Source: a virus
Lineage: Duplodnaviria; Caudoviricetes
IMG/VR virus record: IMGVR_UViG_3300020414_001395
Span: 1,145-65,144 of that record
DNA: 64,000 nucleotides
Strand: one strand, 5' to 3'
Shown here: in pieces, positions 48,295 through 57,234 of the stretch
Layout: each line of letters begins with the position of its first letter
Numbering within the stretch: position 1 is the stretch's first letter
Notes under the pieces: model-generated
The model's input: the letters and a program-made list of their open reading frames with translations, nothing else
Told to the model about the DNA's origin: nothing
Databases searched by the model: none
Position numbers and translations under genes: made by a program

Positions 48295-48792
48295 TTACTG
48301 CTTTCTTCTTCTCTCCTGTTGGGCCTCAGCAAACTCAGAGACATCTTCGTTTACAACAAAGGCTCCCTTGAGAATAGTAGTGTGAGTATCGGTGCCCTGG
48401 GCAGTCGCTGCAGGAATGACATACTGCAGATCGTAAACATATCTACCAGAGGGAACCTCCCTCATGACAGAGTCACCAATAAATATCGTGACTTGACCGC
48501 TGTCGTTTATGTTGGTCGTGCCCGAGTCTGTCCCATCAGACTCCATTGCATCAATATTGCCAACAGGACTTGATCCAGCAGGCTGACCTGCCACAGTACA
48601 CAGGAGAAGACCTTCAGAACCGTCCTGAAAGGCATTGTCTCTAACCTGCATGATAAACTTGTACTTGCCCGTTTTGAGCTGCAGGCCAGTACCCGCAGCA
48701 TCCTTCAGGGTTACGGTAAGGTTGAACGTATCACCTCTTCTGCAGGTGATGTTCAGGTCCTGTGCAATATCTAAGTTTACCTTTTTGGCCAT
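48295..48792 (-). CDS. BppU-like baseplate/fibre anchoring protein
   Basis: LNITCRRGDTFNLTVTLKD...GRYVYDLQ...ILKGAFVV. Confidence 0.6.
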   Translation of the reverse strand: MAKKVNLDIAQDLNITCRRGDTFNLTVTLKDAAGTGLQLKTGKYKFIMQVRDNAFQDGSEGLLLCTVAGQPAGSSPVGNIDAMESDGTDSGTTNINDSGQVTIFIGDSVMREVPSGRYVYDLQYVIPAATAQGTDTHTTILKGAFVVNEDVSEFAEAQQERRRKQ

Positions 48793-51248
48793 TACAATCC
48801 GAGTATTTCATCAATGTCTTCTGATCCAGGGCTCTCCTGCATCGGTTCTGCCATCTCACCTCTCTTGCCTTGTCTCTGAGAAATGAGCTTGCTTTGTTCT
48901 GAAGATTCTTTTTTGATGCGATCGTCCTTTCGATCCTCCTTAAGAACTTCGAGTTTTTCTTTGAACTCCTGATCCTCAGTTCTAAATCCGAGTGTAGCCT
49001 GAGCCCTGATGGTTTCAATCTCTTTTCTATACTCGTGTTTGACCTGCTCCAGCTGTATCTCAAGCTGATTCTTAAGCTGCATCTTCTGAGCCTCTATCTG
49101 GGCCTCCATCTGCATCTCTTGCTGCTTAGCTTGAGAAGCAGCCTGTGAAGCCTGCGCTTGCTGTTGTGCCTGCATCTGAGAGTTCTGCTGAGCTTGCTCC
49201 TGCATCTTCTTCATACGCTTCTGACGTCTAACAATCAAAAGACGCTCGGCCTGATTGATGTCTTTTAGCTGTCTAATAGCGATAGCATCCTCAAGATCCA
49301 ACTCTTTTTGTGAGAGAGATACTTGAATGTTTTGCTCAAGAAACTGACGCTCAGAGTCCTCCATCTCTTTCTGCACACTCACACCAAAGTTGTACATGGG
49401 GAGATCAGAGAAAGTAGAAAGGACTTTCATGTTTTCCTCTCCAATGGCGTTCTGGTAAGCCTTCATTAAAACAGACCCCGAAGGAATGATTTGAAGACAC
49501 TTGACAATGTCTTCGCAAACCTTCTTGAACAGTACCATAGATGCGTTAGTGATGTCGTAGATGGCATTGTTTCCTGCAGCAATAGCTTGCTCGCGAACGC
49601 CAACCAAAGCATCCCCCTTCGGAGAGCTTGCATCCATCGCCTCATTAACACCCGTAGCGTCTCTGATGAGTCGCAGGTAGTGATTGTAAATACCAATGAG
49701 TTCGTTTATGTTTCTAATGCTGTTTCCAATCTCACGGATAGGTGGGTTTTGGAAACCGCCTTCTGGGTCTTTGCTTCTGTAGTAGAAGACACCAGTTTGT
49801 TCGTAGATGTCGTGCAGCTCCAAAGGCTGAAGCTCCCCACCTTTACCGAGCTGAACATTCTCCAACCCCTCAATATCAATGATCAGGCCATCAGGCTTAG
49901 CCTTAGCGATAGCTTGCTGAATTTTAAGGTGTGTAATCTGAAGCATGTCTGCAAATCCCACACAGCTGTCAACCATCGACTTCGGAATCATTCTCCGAAT
50001 GTTTGTGGCAACAGCTGAGTAGGACAGTCGACACTTAGAAATGTCATGAATGTTTCTTGGCATATTCGCCTTCATGCCGTAGTCGTACATGAAGTTGGTG
50101 CCAATGATGTAGCTACCGCCGTAAACAGTGGCAATGTGCATCTTTCTTGGCTCGCGATCAAAGACGCTACCAGGCTTTTCTCTGTACTCGAATCCTTCGT
50201 AGAAGAAGAGCTTGTTTCCGTATCTGTTTTCCTTGTCCTCAAAGTGCATGCAGTCAACTGACATAAACTCAAAGTCAAGGACATCAATCATATACTCATC
50301 ATACCCAAAGATGTTTCTCTTAAGGTAGTCATCAAAGTATTGATGGCTGAGCTTGCTGGAGTCGTTTCCGTTTATGCCAGCAGCCCCCTGAGCCATCTTA
50401 GCGTAATCTTCTTCTGTAAACTGATCTCCAGCCAAGCGCTTTAGCTCCTGTATTGAGATCTTCTTAATGTGCCCAGCGTAAGTAAGGTCGTTGAGCCCAG
50501 GGTCTTCCGTGTAGCTGTGAACGAACATGCACGGATCAACGTATTCGGTCTTAATTCCGTAGTTGGGGTCGTTAGACCTCTTAACAACTGCCATGCCCAA
50601 GGCAACAAGGTCATTGACACACCTTCTGTAGATGCTGTCGTTGAAGTTGTTCCAAGAAAGCGTGAGGTTCGTGCCTATCTGTGCTGATATCTCAGCATCT
50701 GTCTTTAGGTTGGTTTCCAAAAAAATCTCTGCCTCCTCAAGCGTGTCTGGAAGTTCAGCTGGGTCTTTATCAAGAACCAGACCGCCAGTCTCAGCCTTAA
50801 GAGCTTCAAGCTCTGGCTTAATCTGAACTTGCGTTCTTATTCTCTGCTTCTCCTTGTTCTTCTCAGAAGAGGAGATGGGGTCAATAGCCTCAAGGTTGGG
50901 ATATGGGTTTCTTGAAAGAATCTTATTACCAACGATTCGAGAGAACTTTGGGAGTATAGGTACTGGCGTATAATCAAGATTCACGAGGCTGCCGTCAGCA
51001 GCGTTAGGGTCCATCGAAGTGAGAATCCTCTTATAGATATTCGTGTCTTGAGTACCGTTAGCGTAATCTCTGTTTCTCTCCCAGACTTTATTTCTCTTTC
51101 TGTAAAGAGATTCAGTGTCTTGCATTTTGCCCCACTGACCCTCAATGGCTTTAGCATACTTCAGGCCGTACTTTTTCCCCTGCTTTACATCCTGAGGAGC
51201 TAGTGGGTCTGGAAAGCTCTTGCTCTGCCTTTTGTTATTACCGTACAT
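48792..51248 (-). CDS. portal protein
   Basis: 818 aa directly after TerL; LDYTPVPILPKF, RDATGVNEAMDAS, Q-rich helical C-terminus. Confidence 0.85.
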   Translation of the reverse strand: MYGNNKRQSKSFPDPLAPQDVKQGKKYGLKYAKAIEGQWGKMQDTESLYRKRNKVWERNRDYANGTQDTNIYKRILTSMDPNAADGSLVNLDYTPVPILPKFSRIVGNKILSRNPYPNLEAIDPISSSEKNKEKQRIRTQVQIKPELEALKAETGGLVLDKDPAELPDTLEEAEIFLETNLKTDAEISAQIGTNLTLSWNNFNDSIYRRCVNDLVALGMAVVKRSNDPNYGIKTEYVDPCMFVHSYTEDPGLNDLTYAGHIKKISIQELKRLAGDQFTEEDYAKMAQGAAGINGNDSSKLSHQYFDDYLKRNIFGYDEYMIDVLDFEFMSVDCMHFEDKENRYGNKLFFYEGFEYREKPGSVFDREPRKMHIATVYGGSYIIGTNFMYDYGMKANMPRNIHDISKCRLSYSAVATNIRRMIPKSMVDSCVGFADMLQITHLKIQQAIAKAKPDGLIIDIEGLENVQLGKGGELQPLELHDIYEQTGVFYYRSKDPEGGFQNPPIREIGNSIRNINELIGIYNHYLRLIRDATGVNEAMDASSPKGDALVGVREQAIAAGNNAIYDITNASMVLFKKVCEDIVKCLQIIPSGSVLMKAYQNAIGEENMKVLSTFSDLPMYNFGVSVQKEMEDSERQFLEQNIQVSLSQKELDLEDAIAIRQLKDINQAERLLIVRRQKRMKKMQEQAQQNSQMQAQQQAQASQAASQAKQQEMQMEAQIEAQKMQLKNQLEIQLEQVKHEYRKEIETIRAQATLGFRTEDQEFKEKLEVLKEDRKDDRIKKESSEQSKLISQRQGKRGEMAEPMQESPGSEDIDEILGL

Positions 51249-51267
51249 CAGGGATTCTGCATTTTTG

Positions 51268-51275
51268 CAAATATA
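51268..51275 (-). promoter_or_regulatory. late-type promoter -7 element TATATTTG
   Basis: 5 nt before micro-ORF ATG CAG AAT CCC TGA, whose stop overlaps the portal ATG. Confidence 0.6.
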
Positions 51276-51290
51276 GAAATAATCTGATTG

Positions 51291-53402
51291 TTAGCCGATT
51301 GGCTTGTATCTCCTAAAGAACTTCTTCTCATCAAAGTTCACAGCCTCCTTTTTAGGCTTTGACTTTTGGGCACCAAGAAGAGCAAGACCCGAACTAATCG
51401 TAAGGTCAAACTTAGTACGGTCGTTGATCTTGAAGCCAATCCAATCCTCAAGAGTATCGTTAAAATACATCTTGCCGTACTCCCCCGTCTCTCTGTGCAT
51501 GCCAATGTGATCATGTACGTATGCTTCAATGGAATGTGCATGAGCTTGAATTACATCTTGTGAGTTTGATGGGATACCCTTGGTTTTGACATTGACCTTT
51601 GAGTTGGCGGCCCTCAGGTGAGAAGGCCTTGACATTAGATAACCGTCGTAACCTCTTGACTCAAAGTATCTTGCGATGCCGTACTTGTTGTTCTCAATTA
51701 ACAAAGGGTACCCGTAGAACACGGCAGCCATGAGGCAGTCTTCATAGAAGATCTTAGCCAAAGGTGGACGGGACGCATACTCCACTACAAACATGTTCGA
51801 TGGATGCTCCATGTGAAACTTGTTGTAGAGATGTAGCGCTCCTTTCGACCCCCGTCCATCGACGGTGGCGTCAAGGTCGTAGGAGTCAACCCCGCCTACC
51901 CCCAGCTCTGCATTAGGTGCAATACGTTTGCCTCTTTCTTCTTTCTTGATGTTCCTCAGCTCTTCGGGTGGCATCCAAGCAACCTTGAACCTGCCCTTAG
52001 GGTCAGGTTTAAAGACAACATGTGTGTCCTGCACACCGTCCTTCCAGACGAAGTTGCCTCTAACTACAGGGTTTGGAAAAAGATCATCATTGTATTGAAT
52101 CTGCTCGTAGATCTTTCCAATGTTGAACAGACTTCCGTCGATGCTGTCACGAAAGGCCTCATCCGTTGTAAACGGAAACTGCCTCGTCACCTCGTTAAGC
52201 TCAGAGGGGTCACTCCTGAGGCTCTCTCTCTCGTTCTTGAGATAGGTCTTAGCCCCGAATATGATGTCCTCACCATCAAGTCCTTCTATGACTTTGTCTG
52301 GGTCGTTGACGACTGGGTTACCGAACTTATCGAAGAATCCTTCTAGGGATTCAAATGCAGGTATAAAGAGTCTATATAGGCCACTCCTGGTCCTCCCATT
52401 CGCGTTCCTTTCCTCGGGGTCCGAATCCCTCCAAAGGTCCTTGTACTCTTTTCCTCCCTTGTCCATCGGATTTACGGTGCTTCCCACCATTGCTTTTCCG
52501 ACGACTCTTCGCCCGACGATCAAACACGTCCGCTGAATCCTCCAGGCGTCTCTTATGTCTGTAGGTTTTTCCCATTTCCCTGCCTCATCAAGATACAGGA
52601 GGTGAAGCTTCTCACCGTCATAAGCGTTGTTGGTAGTGTTCTTCCAGTTTATGACCGTATTAAGAGCCTCGCCCGTCTGCGTAGTCTTATTGTTCTTCGT
52701 GATTCTCTTACTCGGCTCGCGAAAAGCCAGCTCCATGCGCGGATTGGTCGTTCCATCCTGAATAGGTTTGAAGAAGAAGGGGTAGTGCCTGAACATCTGC
52801 ACAACCTTCTTCATGAATATATTCTCTTGGGCGTCCTTACCAGTCTTCGACTGTATCCCCAAGAGTTTGTCTTTTACTTGCGTGGCTTCGTCAAGCAATA
52901 CGGCAGAGCAGATGTTGGTGTATCCGCTCCGCCTGCACTTGGTATATAACTGCCCGATACATCGGGGGTCCGCCTCACACGCAGACAAATGTAAGAAAAT
53001 ATCTCTTTGGAACGAAAGGAAGCTCGGATAACCTATATCCATCCGAGTCCATTGGAGCATCATGTAGTGCCTGCCCGTAATATATGTAGGGACACCCCCA
53101 TTGTAAAACCAAAAGCCTTCACGCCTGCGGCGAAATTCCTCCTCGATATACGGAGAAAACTTCTGCCTGAACTCCCTAGGCATCTCGGCCCACTCATCCA
53201 TACTCTTAATCCTAGACAGCTCCTTAGGCATAGGAACTCTCTCCCACAACTGCAGGTCGTCTGGCTTTCCATGTCCTGCAATTTCTTTTTTGGGAGGCTG
53301 AGCGGGAAGTGCAATGTCCAACCCACCGATCCGAACAACTTCTCCTTTCGTACCGTGGGGGCAAATTGCGATAATATCCTGATCATCAGAATACTTGCCC
53401 AT
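51291..53402 (-). CDS. terL: terminase large subunit
   Basis: KCRRSGYT Walker A-like, LYLDEAGKW Walker B, GSTVN, GGVDSYD nuclease motif, KFDLTISSG. Confidence 0.92.
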   Translation of the reverse strand: MGKYSDDQDIIAICPHGTKGEVVRIGGLDIALPAQPPKKEIAGHGKPDDLQLWERVPMPKELSRIKSMDEWAEMPREFRQKFSPYIEEEFRRRREGFWFYNGGVPTYITGRHYMMLQWTRMDIGYPSFLSFQRDIFLHLSACEADPRCIGQLYTKCRRSGYTNICSAVLLDEATQVKDKLLGIQSKTGKDAQENIFMKKVVQMFRHYPFFFKPIQDGTTNPRMELAFREPSKRITKNNKTTQTGEALNTVINWKNTTNNAYDGEKLHLLYLDEAGKWEKPTDIRDAWRIQRTCLIVGRRVVGKAMVGSTVNPMDKGGKEYKDLWRDSDPEERNANGRTRSGLYRLFIPAFESLEGFFDKFGNPVVNDPDKVIEGLDGEDIIFGAKTYLKNERESLRSDPSELNEVTRQFPFTTDEAFRDSIDGSLFNIGKIYEQIQYNDDLFPNPVVRGNFVWKDGVQDTHVVFKPDPKGRFKVAWMPPEELRNIKKEERGKRIAPNAELGVGGVDSYDLDATVDGRGSKGALHLYNKFHMEHPSNMFVVEYASRPPLAKIFYEDCLMAAVFYGYPLLIENNKYGIARYFESRGYDGYLMSRPSHLRAANSKVNVKTKGIPSNSQDVIQAHAHSIEAYVHDHIGMHRETGEYGKMYFNDTLEDWIGFKINDRTKFDLTISSGLALLGAQKSKPKKEAVNFDEKKFFRRYKPIG

Positions 53403-53571
53403 ACCTATTGCTTCGGAAGCTTGGGGCGCCAGACTTAGGGTTCTTTAGCTCCATGTACTTGCCGCATGGACACTTGATGTCGTGGTAGGCCCCGTCGTTA
53501 CCAAACTTGATTGACACACCACTCTTAGACTCCTCATGCTGCTTCTCGCAGCCGCAAACGTAATCAGCCAT
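53386..53571 (-). CDS. zinc-ribbon protein (FmdB-like)
   Basis: YVCGC...KCPCG. Confidence 0.6.
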   Translation of the reverse strand: MADYVCGCEKQHEESKSGVSIKFGNDGAYHDIKCPCGKYMELKNPKSGAPSFRSNRYGQVF

Positions 53572-53573
53572 AA

Positions 53574-53705
53574 TTATCTTCCTTGACCAGCGTAAGGCTT
53601 CTTGTAAGATCTGGAGTTCTTGTTTTTAGACTGTTTCGTCTTTGCATGAACCCCCTTGCGCTTTACGCTTTTCGATTTATAAGTAGAAACTTGAACTTTA
53701 GCCAT
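53574..53705 (-). CDS. 43-aa highly basic peptide (not in ORF track)
   Basis: MAKVQVSTYKSKSVKRKGVHAKTKQSKNKNSRSYKKPYAGQGR. Confidence 0.65.
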   Translation of the reverse strand: MAKVQVSTYKSKSVKRKGVHAKTKQSKNKNSRSYKKPYAGQGR

Positions 53706-53719
53706 TTTATTAAATTTAG

Positions 53720-53793
53720 TACGCCCGCCAGGATTCGAACCTGGGACCGTCTGCTTAGAAGGCAGATGCTCTATCCAACTGAGCTACGAGCGC
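53720..53793 (-). tRNA. trnR-UCU: tRNA-Arg(UCU)
   Basis: GCGCTCG/CGGGCGT acceptor, GCTC/GAGC D-stem, TCTGC-CTTCTAA-GCAGA, TTCGAAT T-loop; CCA not encoded. Confidence 0.95.
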
Positions 53794-53799
53794 ATGCTC

Positions 53800-54027
53800 T
53801 TACCTACTGCGTCTTCGCCTAGGTCTATTGTTTGCTCTGTTCTGAGATTCGGGCTGAGGGGTGGTTCTGTCAGACGTGCCGACGTGCGCTTCGTCGAGAC
53901 CATCACCGTTACCGTATGTACCCTTACGGCGATTGATTCGGTTCAAAAAAGCACGGTACTTCTTGGCTTTTCCGCCCTTTCCGTACTTCGCATACTCCTT
54001 CTTATAGTCTCGCTTCTTGAGCTTCAT
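53800..54027 (-). CDS. basic, degenerate HNH-like protein
   Basis: RDYKKEY...GDGLDEAH...NRANN. Confidence 0.55.
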   Translation of the reverse strand: MKLKKRDYKKEYAKYGKGGKAKKYRAFLNRINRRKGTYGNGDGLDEAHVGTSDRTTPQPESQNRANNRPRRRRSR

Positions 54028-54031
54028 GGTA

Positions 54032-54039
54032 CAAATATA
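54032..54039 (-). promoter_or_regulatory. late-type promoter -7 element TATATTTG
   Basis: 4 nt before ATG 54027. Confidence 0.6.
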
Positions 54040-54047
54040 ATAAATTG

Positions 54048-54121
54048 TTGGGGCGGCGGGACTTGAACCCGCGACTTCCTGTGTATAAGACAGACGCTCT
54101 AACCAACTGAACTACGCCCCA
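54048..54121 (-). tRNA. trnI-UAU: tRNA-Ile(UAU)
   Basis: TGGGGCG/CGCCCCA acceptor, A73, TCTGT-CTTATAC-ACAGG anticodon arm (TAT at 54085-54087), GCGGG-TTCAAGT-CCCGC; CCA not encoded. Confidence 0.88.
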
Positions 54122-54252
54122 GTTGATAAGCCCATTATGCGTAGAGGGCCGCCTGACGAAAACCAACAACTCAGTCCTCGAACTCTTCGTTCCAGGATTC
54201 ATCCCAGAACTTAAAATCTATCTTGTTTTTTTGATACACGATTTCTTTCCAA

Positions 54253-54543
54253 TCATTTAGAGTATCTCTCAGCGAAACCTCCGCTGTAGTCTTTGGCTTC
54301 TTCGATTCCCCCATTTGTTTGTAGGTCTTTGATCATTTGCTCTAATCGCTGTCTCTCAACGATCAGCTCCTTGCAATCTGTGGCGGTTTGTTTGATGGAC
54401 TGAAGCTCCGCTTTACGTGCGCTCCCGTTGATCTCAGGATCAACAGGTTTCTTGACTTCGTCAATCATGTTATTGATAGCTGCTTCCATCGACCTCATCA
54501 GTCGCTCAGCGGCATCAATCGTTGTGAACTTCTTCTTCGACAT
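54253..54543 (-). CDS. helical protein, possible terminase small subunit
   Basis: 96 aa, coiled coil, upstream of terL; assignment from position only. Confidence 0.4.
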   Translation of the reverse strand: MSKKKFTTIDAAERLMRSMEAAINNMIDEVKKPVDPEINGSARKAELQSIKQTATDCKELIVERQRLEQMIKDLQTNGGIEEAKDYSGGFAERYSK

Positions 54544-55120
54544 AAAGAATATCTTCTGCTCGAACTCTAAAGTACTTAACGTCGTCTATAGTTATCTCGT
54601 AGTCTCGGTTCTTTTTAATGCCCACAACATCGCCACTACTGATCCCAAGCTCTTCAAGCCAAGGAGCGTCAAAAGCAATGCGAGCTTTGCGAACAGGAGA
54701 CTCGGTAAGCTTAACCACTTCGATGAGGTCGCTTTGCTCTCCAGGATCAGGACCCTCTTCAACAGGCGTGAGAAGAGCCCAACCGCCGAGAGTATATATG
54801 TGTCCACTTTTTGCACTCTTATATGCGATTGCTTGGTTGTTGATTGTGTGTTCTGCATCGTAGCGAACCAAGAAATGCTTCTCGTGTCCAGTCAGTACTT
54901 GACCCTCATTAAGTACAACTAGGTGGTGGAAGTATAGGGTGTCGCCTGGCTCTACGCCAGTATCGTGCTTAAGTGGGGCGCACACCACGGGACCCTCGGT
55001 CACTCGGTGCTTGAACTCATTAAACTTCGAGTCCACATAGAGCTCCAGGCCCCCATCAGTAGTTATCGTGTCTTTGATCTGCTTGTCTAGCTCGACAACG
55101 AATAAGTCAAGAGTCTTCAT
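54515..55120 (-). CDS. tandem GroES (cpn10)-like co-chaperonin
   Basis: TDGGLEL...GPVVCAP...VEPGDTLYF and GDVVGIKK...IDDVKYFRVRAEDIL. Confidence 0.7.
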   Translation of the reverse strand: MKTLDLFVVELDKQIKDTITTDGGLELYVDSKFNEFKHRVTEGPVVCAPLKHDTGVEPGDTLYFHHLVVLNEGQVLTGHEKHFLVRYDAEHTINNQAIAYKSAKSGHIYTLGGWALLTPVEEGPDPGEQSDLIEVVKLTESPVRKARIAFDAPWLEELGISSGDVVGIKKNRDYEITIDDVKYFRVRAEDILYVEEEVHND

Positions 55121-55274
55121 TTTTGTAGGGAAACATTTCGTTCAATTTGTCGCGTCGTTGATCGCAGCCGCAGTCCTCTGGGCCGTATTTCTCAAGAAGC
55201 TTTTTAATTCCAGCAGCTGTGGTGATCTTCTCTACTGTATCACCCAGTCCTTTACTCTTAGAAGTTGCAGTCAT
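55107..55274 (-). CDS. 55-aa CxC protein (not in ORF track)
   Basis: SKGLGDTVEKITTAAGIKK...DCGCDQRRDKLNEMFPY. Confidence 0.65.
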   Translation of the reverse strand: MTATSKSKGLGDTVEKITTAAGIKKLLEKYGPEDCGCDQRRDKLNEMFPYKNEDS

Positions 55275-55494
55275 ATTCTATAATACAAGGCATATCGTCG
55301 ACGCACTTCCACAAAACCTGTGAGTCGTCTCTCTGCAAATATACAAGGTATCTCTTCTTGTTGTACTTAAACAGGTGCTCGTCGTCCATAATGATGGTTG
55401 ACACCTCACCCCCGCCAGCTCTCATGCCGACGTAATAAGCCATGGCATCCTTCGGGTCTCTCCCGATGATGATCTTCCGTATAAGTCCGTCCAT
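55258..55494 (-). CDS. hypothetical protein
   Basis: LIRKIIIGRDPKDAMAYYVG. Confidence 0.65.
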   Translation of the reverse strand: MDGLIRKIIIGRDPKDAMAYYVGMRAGGGEVSTIIMDDEHLFKYNKKRYLVYLQRDDSQVLWKCVDDMPCIIEYDCNF

Positions 55495-55802
55495 TAGTTC
55501 AATGAAATGCCGAGGTCTCCAAGCAGGTCCTCTAGATCTGGCCCACCGTTCTGGTCCTCGTAAGTGTTTGATATAAACTTCACCATCTCCTCCATCTCTT
55601 CTTTAGACCCAAGGTTGTAGCTAAACAAGGCTTTCATCTGACTGGTGTCTTCGTCAATGGGTTCGAGAAGACCAGTGACGACTACAGACATGACTCTCTC
55701 CCTCATATTGTAGCGCTCAATCAAAACCTCCATTTGGCCGTGGAGCTGCTGCATCTCTAGTAGGAACTGATAGTCTTCTGTATCTTCGTTATCCATCATC
55801 AC
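55494..55802 (-). CDS. hypothetical acidic protein
   Basis: 102-aa ORF divergent from 55811. Confidence 0.6.
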   Translation of the reverse strand: MMMDNEDTEDYQFLLEMQQLHGQMEVLIERYNMRERVMSVVVTGLLEPIDEDTSQMKALFSYNLGSKEEMEEMVKFISNTYEDQNGGPDLEDLLGDLGISLN

Positions 55803-55810
55803 TTTATTTC

Positions 55811-56236
55811 ATGCCAAAAAGCGTAGTCTCAAAGAAGAAGCTTTTCAGAGAGTTTTCTAGATTAAATCAAAGGTACGTAAAAAACAACTACCTCAAGAGG
55901 CTGAGAACCACGGTGAAAAGCTTCTGCAGGGACAAGGATATCTTCGAGAAAGAACTCATGTTTTTGCTGTGGGCATACGACCTAGAGTTCTGGACGTTGA
56001 GGTATGCAGCAGAAGACTACGATTACTCAGAAAAGAAACTAGGTGAAAGGCTTGTGTATGAGCTAGTTAAGCAAGGTTATATCTACAAACACTTTGATAA
56101 GATGACCCCATCAAATACCATGGAGGACCACCTATTCAGAGAAGAAACGAAATACAACTACAGAGTCAGATATGCTATAACGCAAAAAGCCCGCTTGTTA
56201 GTGCAGGCTTTTTACAGATGTCTAGAGAATGATTAA
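55811..56236 (+). CDS. winged-helix DNA-binding protein, putative
   Basis: LVYELVKQGYIYK...YAITQKARLLV MarR-like wing; only plus-strand gene in late arm. Confidence 0.55.
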   Translation: MPKSVVSKKKLFREFSRLNQRYVKNNYLKRLRTTVKSFCRDKDIFEKELMFLLWAYDLEFWTLRYAAEDYDYSEKKLGERLVYELVKQGYIYKHFDKMTPSNTMEDHLFREETKYNYRVRYAITQKARLLVQAFYRCLEND

Positions 56237-56955
56237 CCCAAAGAAAAATCAAAGTTTGTAGAAATTGATGTTTTGGACGTGTTTTTGGCGCTAGGGAGGT
56301 GCCGAGCATAGACACCTGTGGCCGCTATTTGACCATTGTTCAAGTAGCTGTCTATTGGGACGAGAATAGAGTCCTGAGCAGCAACAGATTCGTTGTGCGG
56401 GAAGAAAGGCTCGTTATTCTGATTTACGAATACATTTTGGGCATAATTAAAAATGTCTAAAGAGATAAGCACCTCATTTTCTGATAGGGAGGCTATGCTG
56501 TTAATCTTTGGGGTTGTTTTAATTCTAAGCCCAGATTGGCTAATATTCCCGCTTCCGTTATCGCAACCAATGTACTTAGCCTTGTCTGAGGCGACTTCTA
56601 TAGTCTCAGCCAAGGAGGTCGGGATATTTGAAATAGGAACGTCTGCATACTGAGTGAAGTCTGGAATGTTTGTTCTGATCAAGAGCCCATTAAGGCCAAC
56701 CCTTGGATACACGGGGAAGCTGCATGTTTGAAAATCCCCAGTGCCAAGCATGCCGAGCACAGACTCAAGCGTTACATCACCAGTTACACCTGTGTAAGGA
56801 GTAAGGTCGAAGGCGATAGTGTTGGACAGTGGAATCCCTGGGATTAGATAGTCCCAAATGGTGTTCTGCATGGCTTTTACACTGCTTCCGCCTACATTAG
56901 ATCTTTGTCCTGATCCAGGGGATACCCTAGATGTTCTTCTTCTTCTGATTGCCAT
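56233..56955 (-). CDS. hypothetical protein
   Basis: 240 aa, Arg-rich N-terminus. Confidence 0.6.
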   Translation of the reverse strand: MAIRRRRTSRVSPGSGQRSNVGGSSVKAMQNTIWDYLIPGIPLSNTIAFDLTPYTGVTGDVTLESVLGMLGTGDFQTCSFPVYPRVGLNGLLIRTNIPDFTQYADVPISNIPTSLAETIEVASDKAKYIGCDNGSGNISQSGLRIKTTPKINSIASLSENEVLISLDIFNYAQNVFVNQNNEPFFPHNESVAAQDSILVPIDSYLNNGQIAATGVYARHLPSAKNTSKTSISTNFDFSLG

Positions 56956-56970
56956 TTGGTTTTTTCTTTT

Positions 56971-57234
56971 TTATTGCTGTGAAGGGGTGGCTTGCTCATC
57001 GCTGTACCAGTCGCCACTGATGTCGTTAACGATAGAAAGTATTTGAGTGTGAGTATATGAAGTTATCCCGTAGAGAGATCTGGGTTTGTTTCCATTCCAT
57101 GAGACAATAGCCATGTCGTCTCCATTGACGGATCTTCTGCAGCTAGATATAGAGCTCTGAAGAACTTCGTCAATCATATCTTCAGTGACTGACGAGTAGT
57201 CTACAATAGCGTATTTCCTGTTGTCTGGTACCAT
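56971..57234 (-). CDS. hypothetical virion-associated protein
   Basis: YAIVDYSSV...CRRSVNG...YTHTQIL. Confidence 0.6.
   Translation of the reverse strand: MVPDNRKYAIVDYSSVTEDMIDEVLQSSISSCRRSVNGDDMAIVSWNGNKPRSLYGITSYTHTQILSIVNDISGDWYSDEQATPSQQ

Noticed and set aside
54048-54121. Reading the second tRNA as Val or Met
   Set aside because: The 5-bp stem and 7-nt loop place TAT, not TAC or CAT, at positions 34-36.
53700-54200. Theta/HDV-like ribozymes beside the tRNAs
   Set aside because: The 3' trailers are short AT-rich spacers; the 50 nt upstream of tRNA-Ile has only a 4-bp GCCC/GGGC stem and no nested double pseudoknot.
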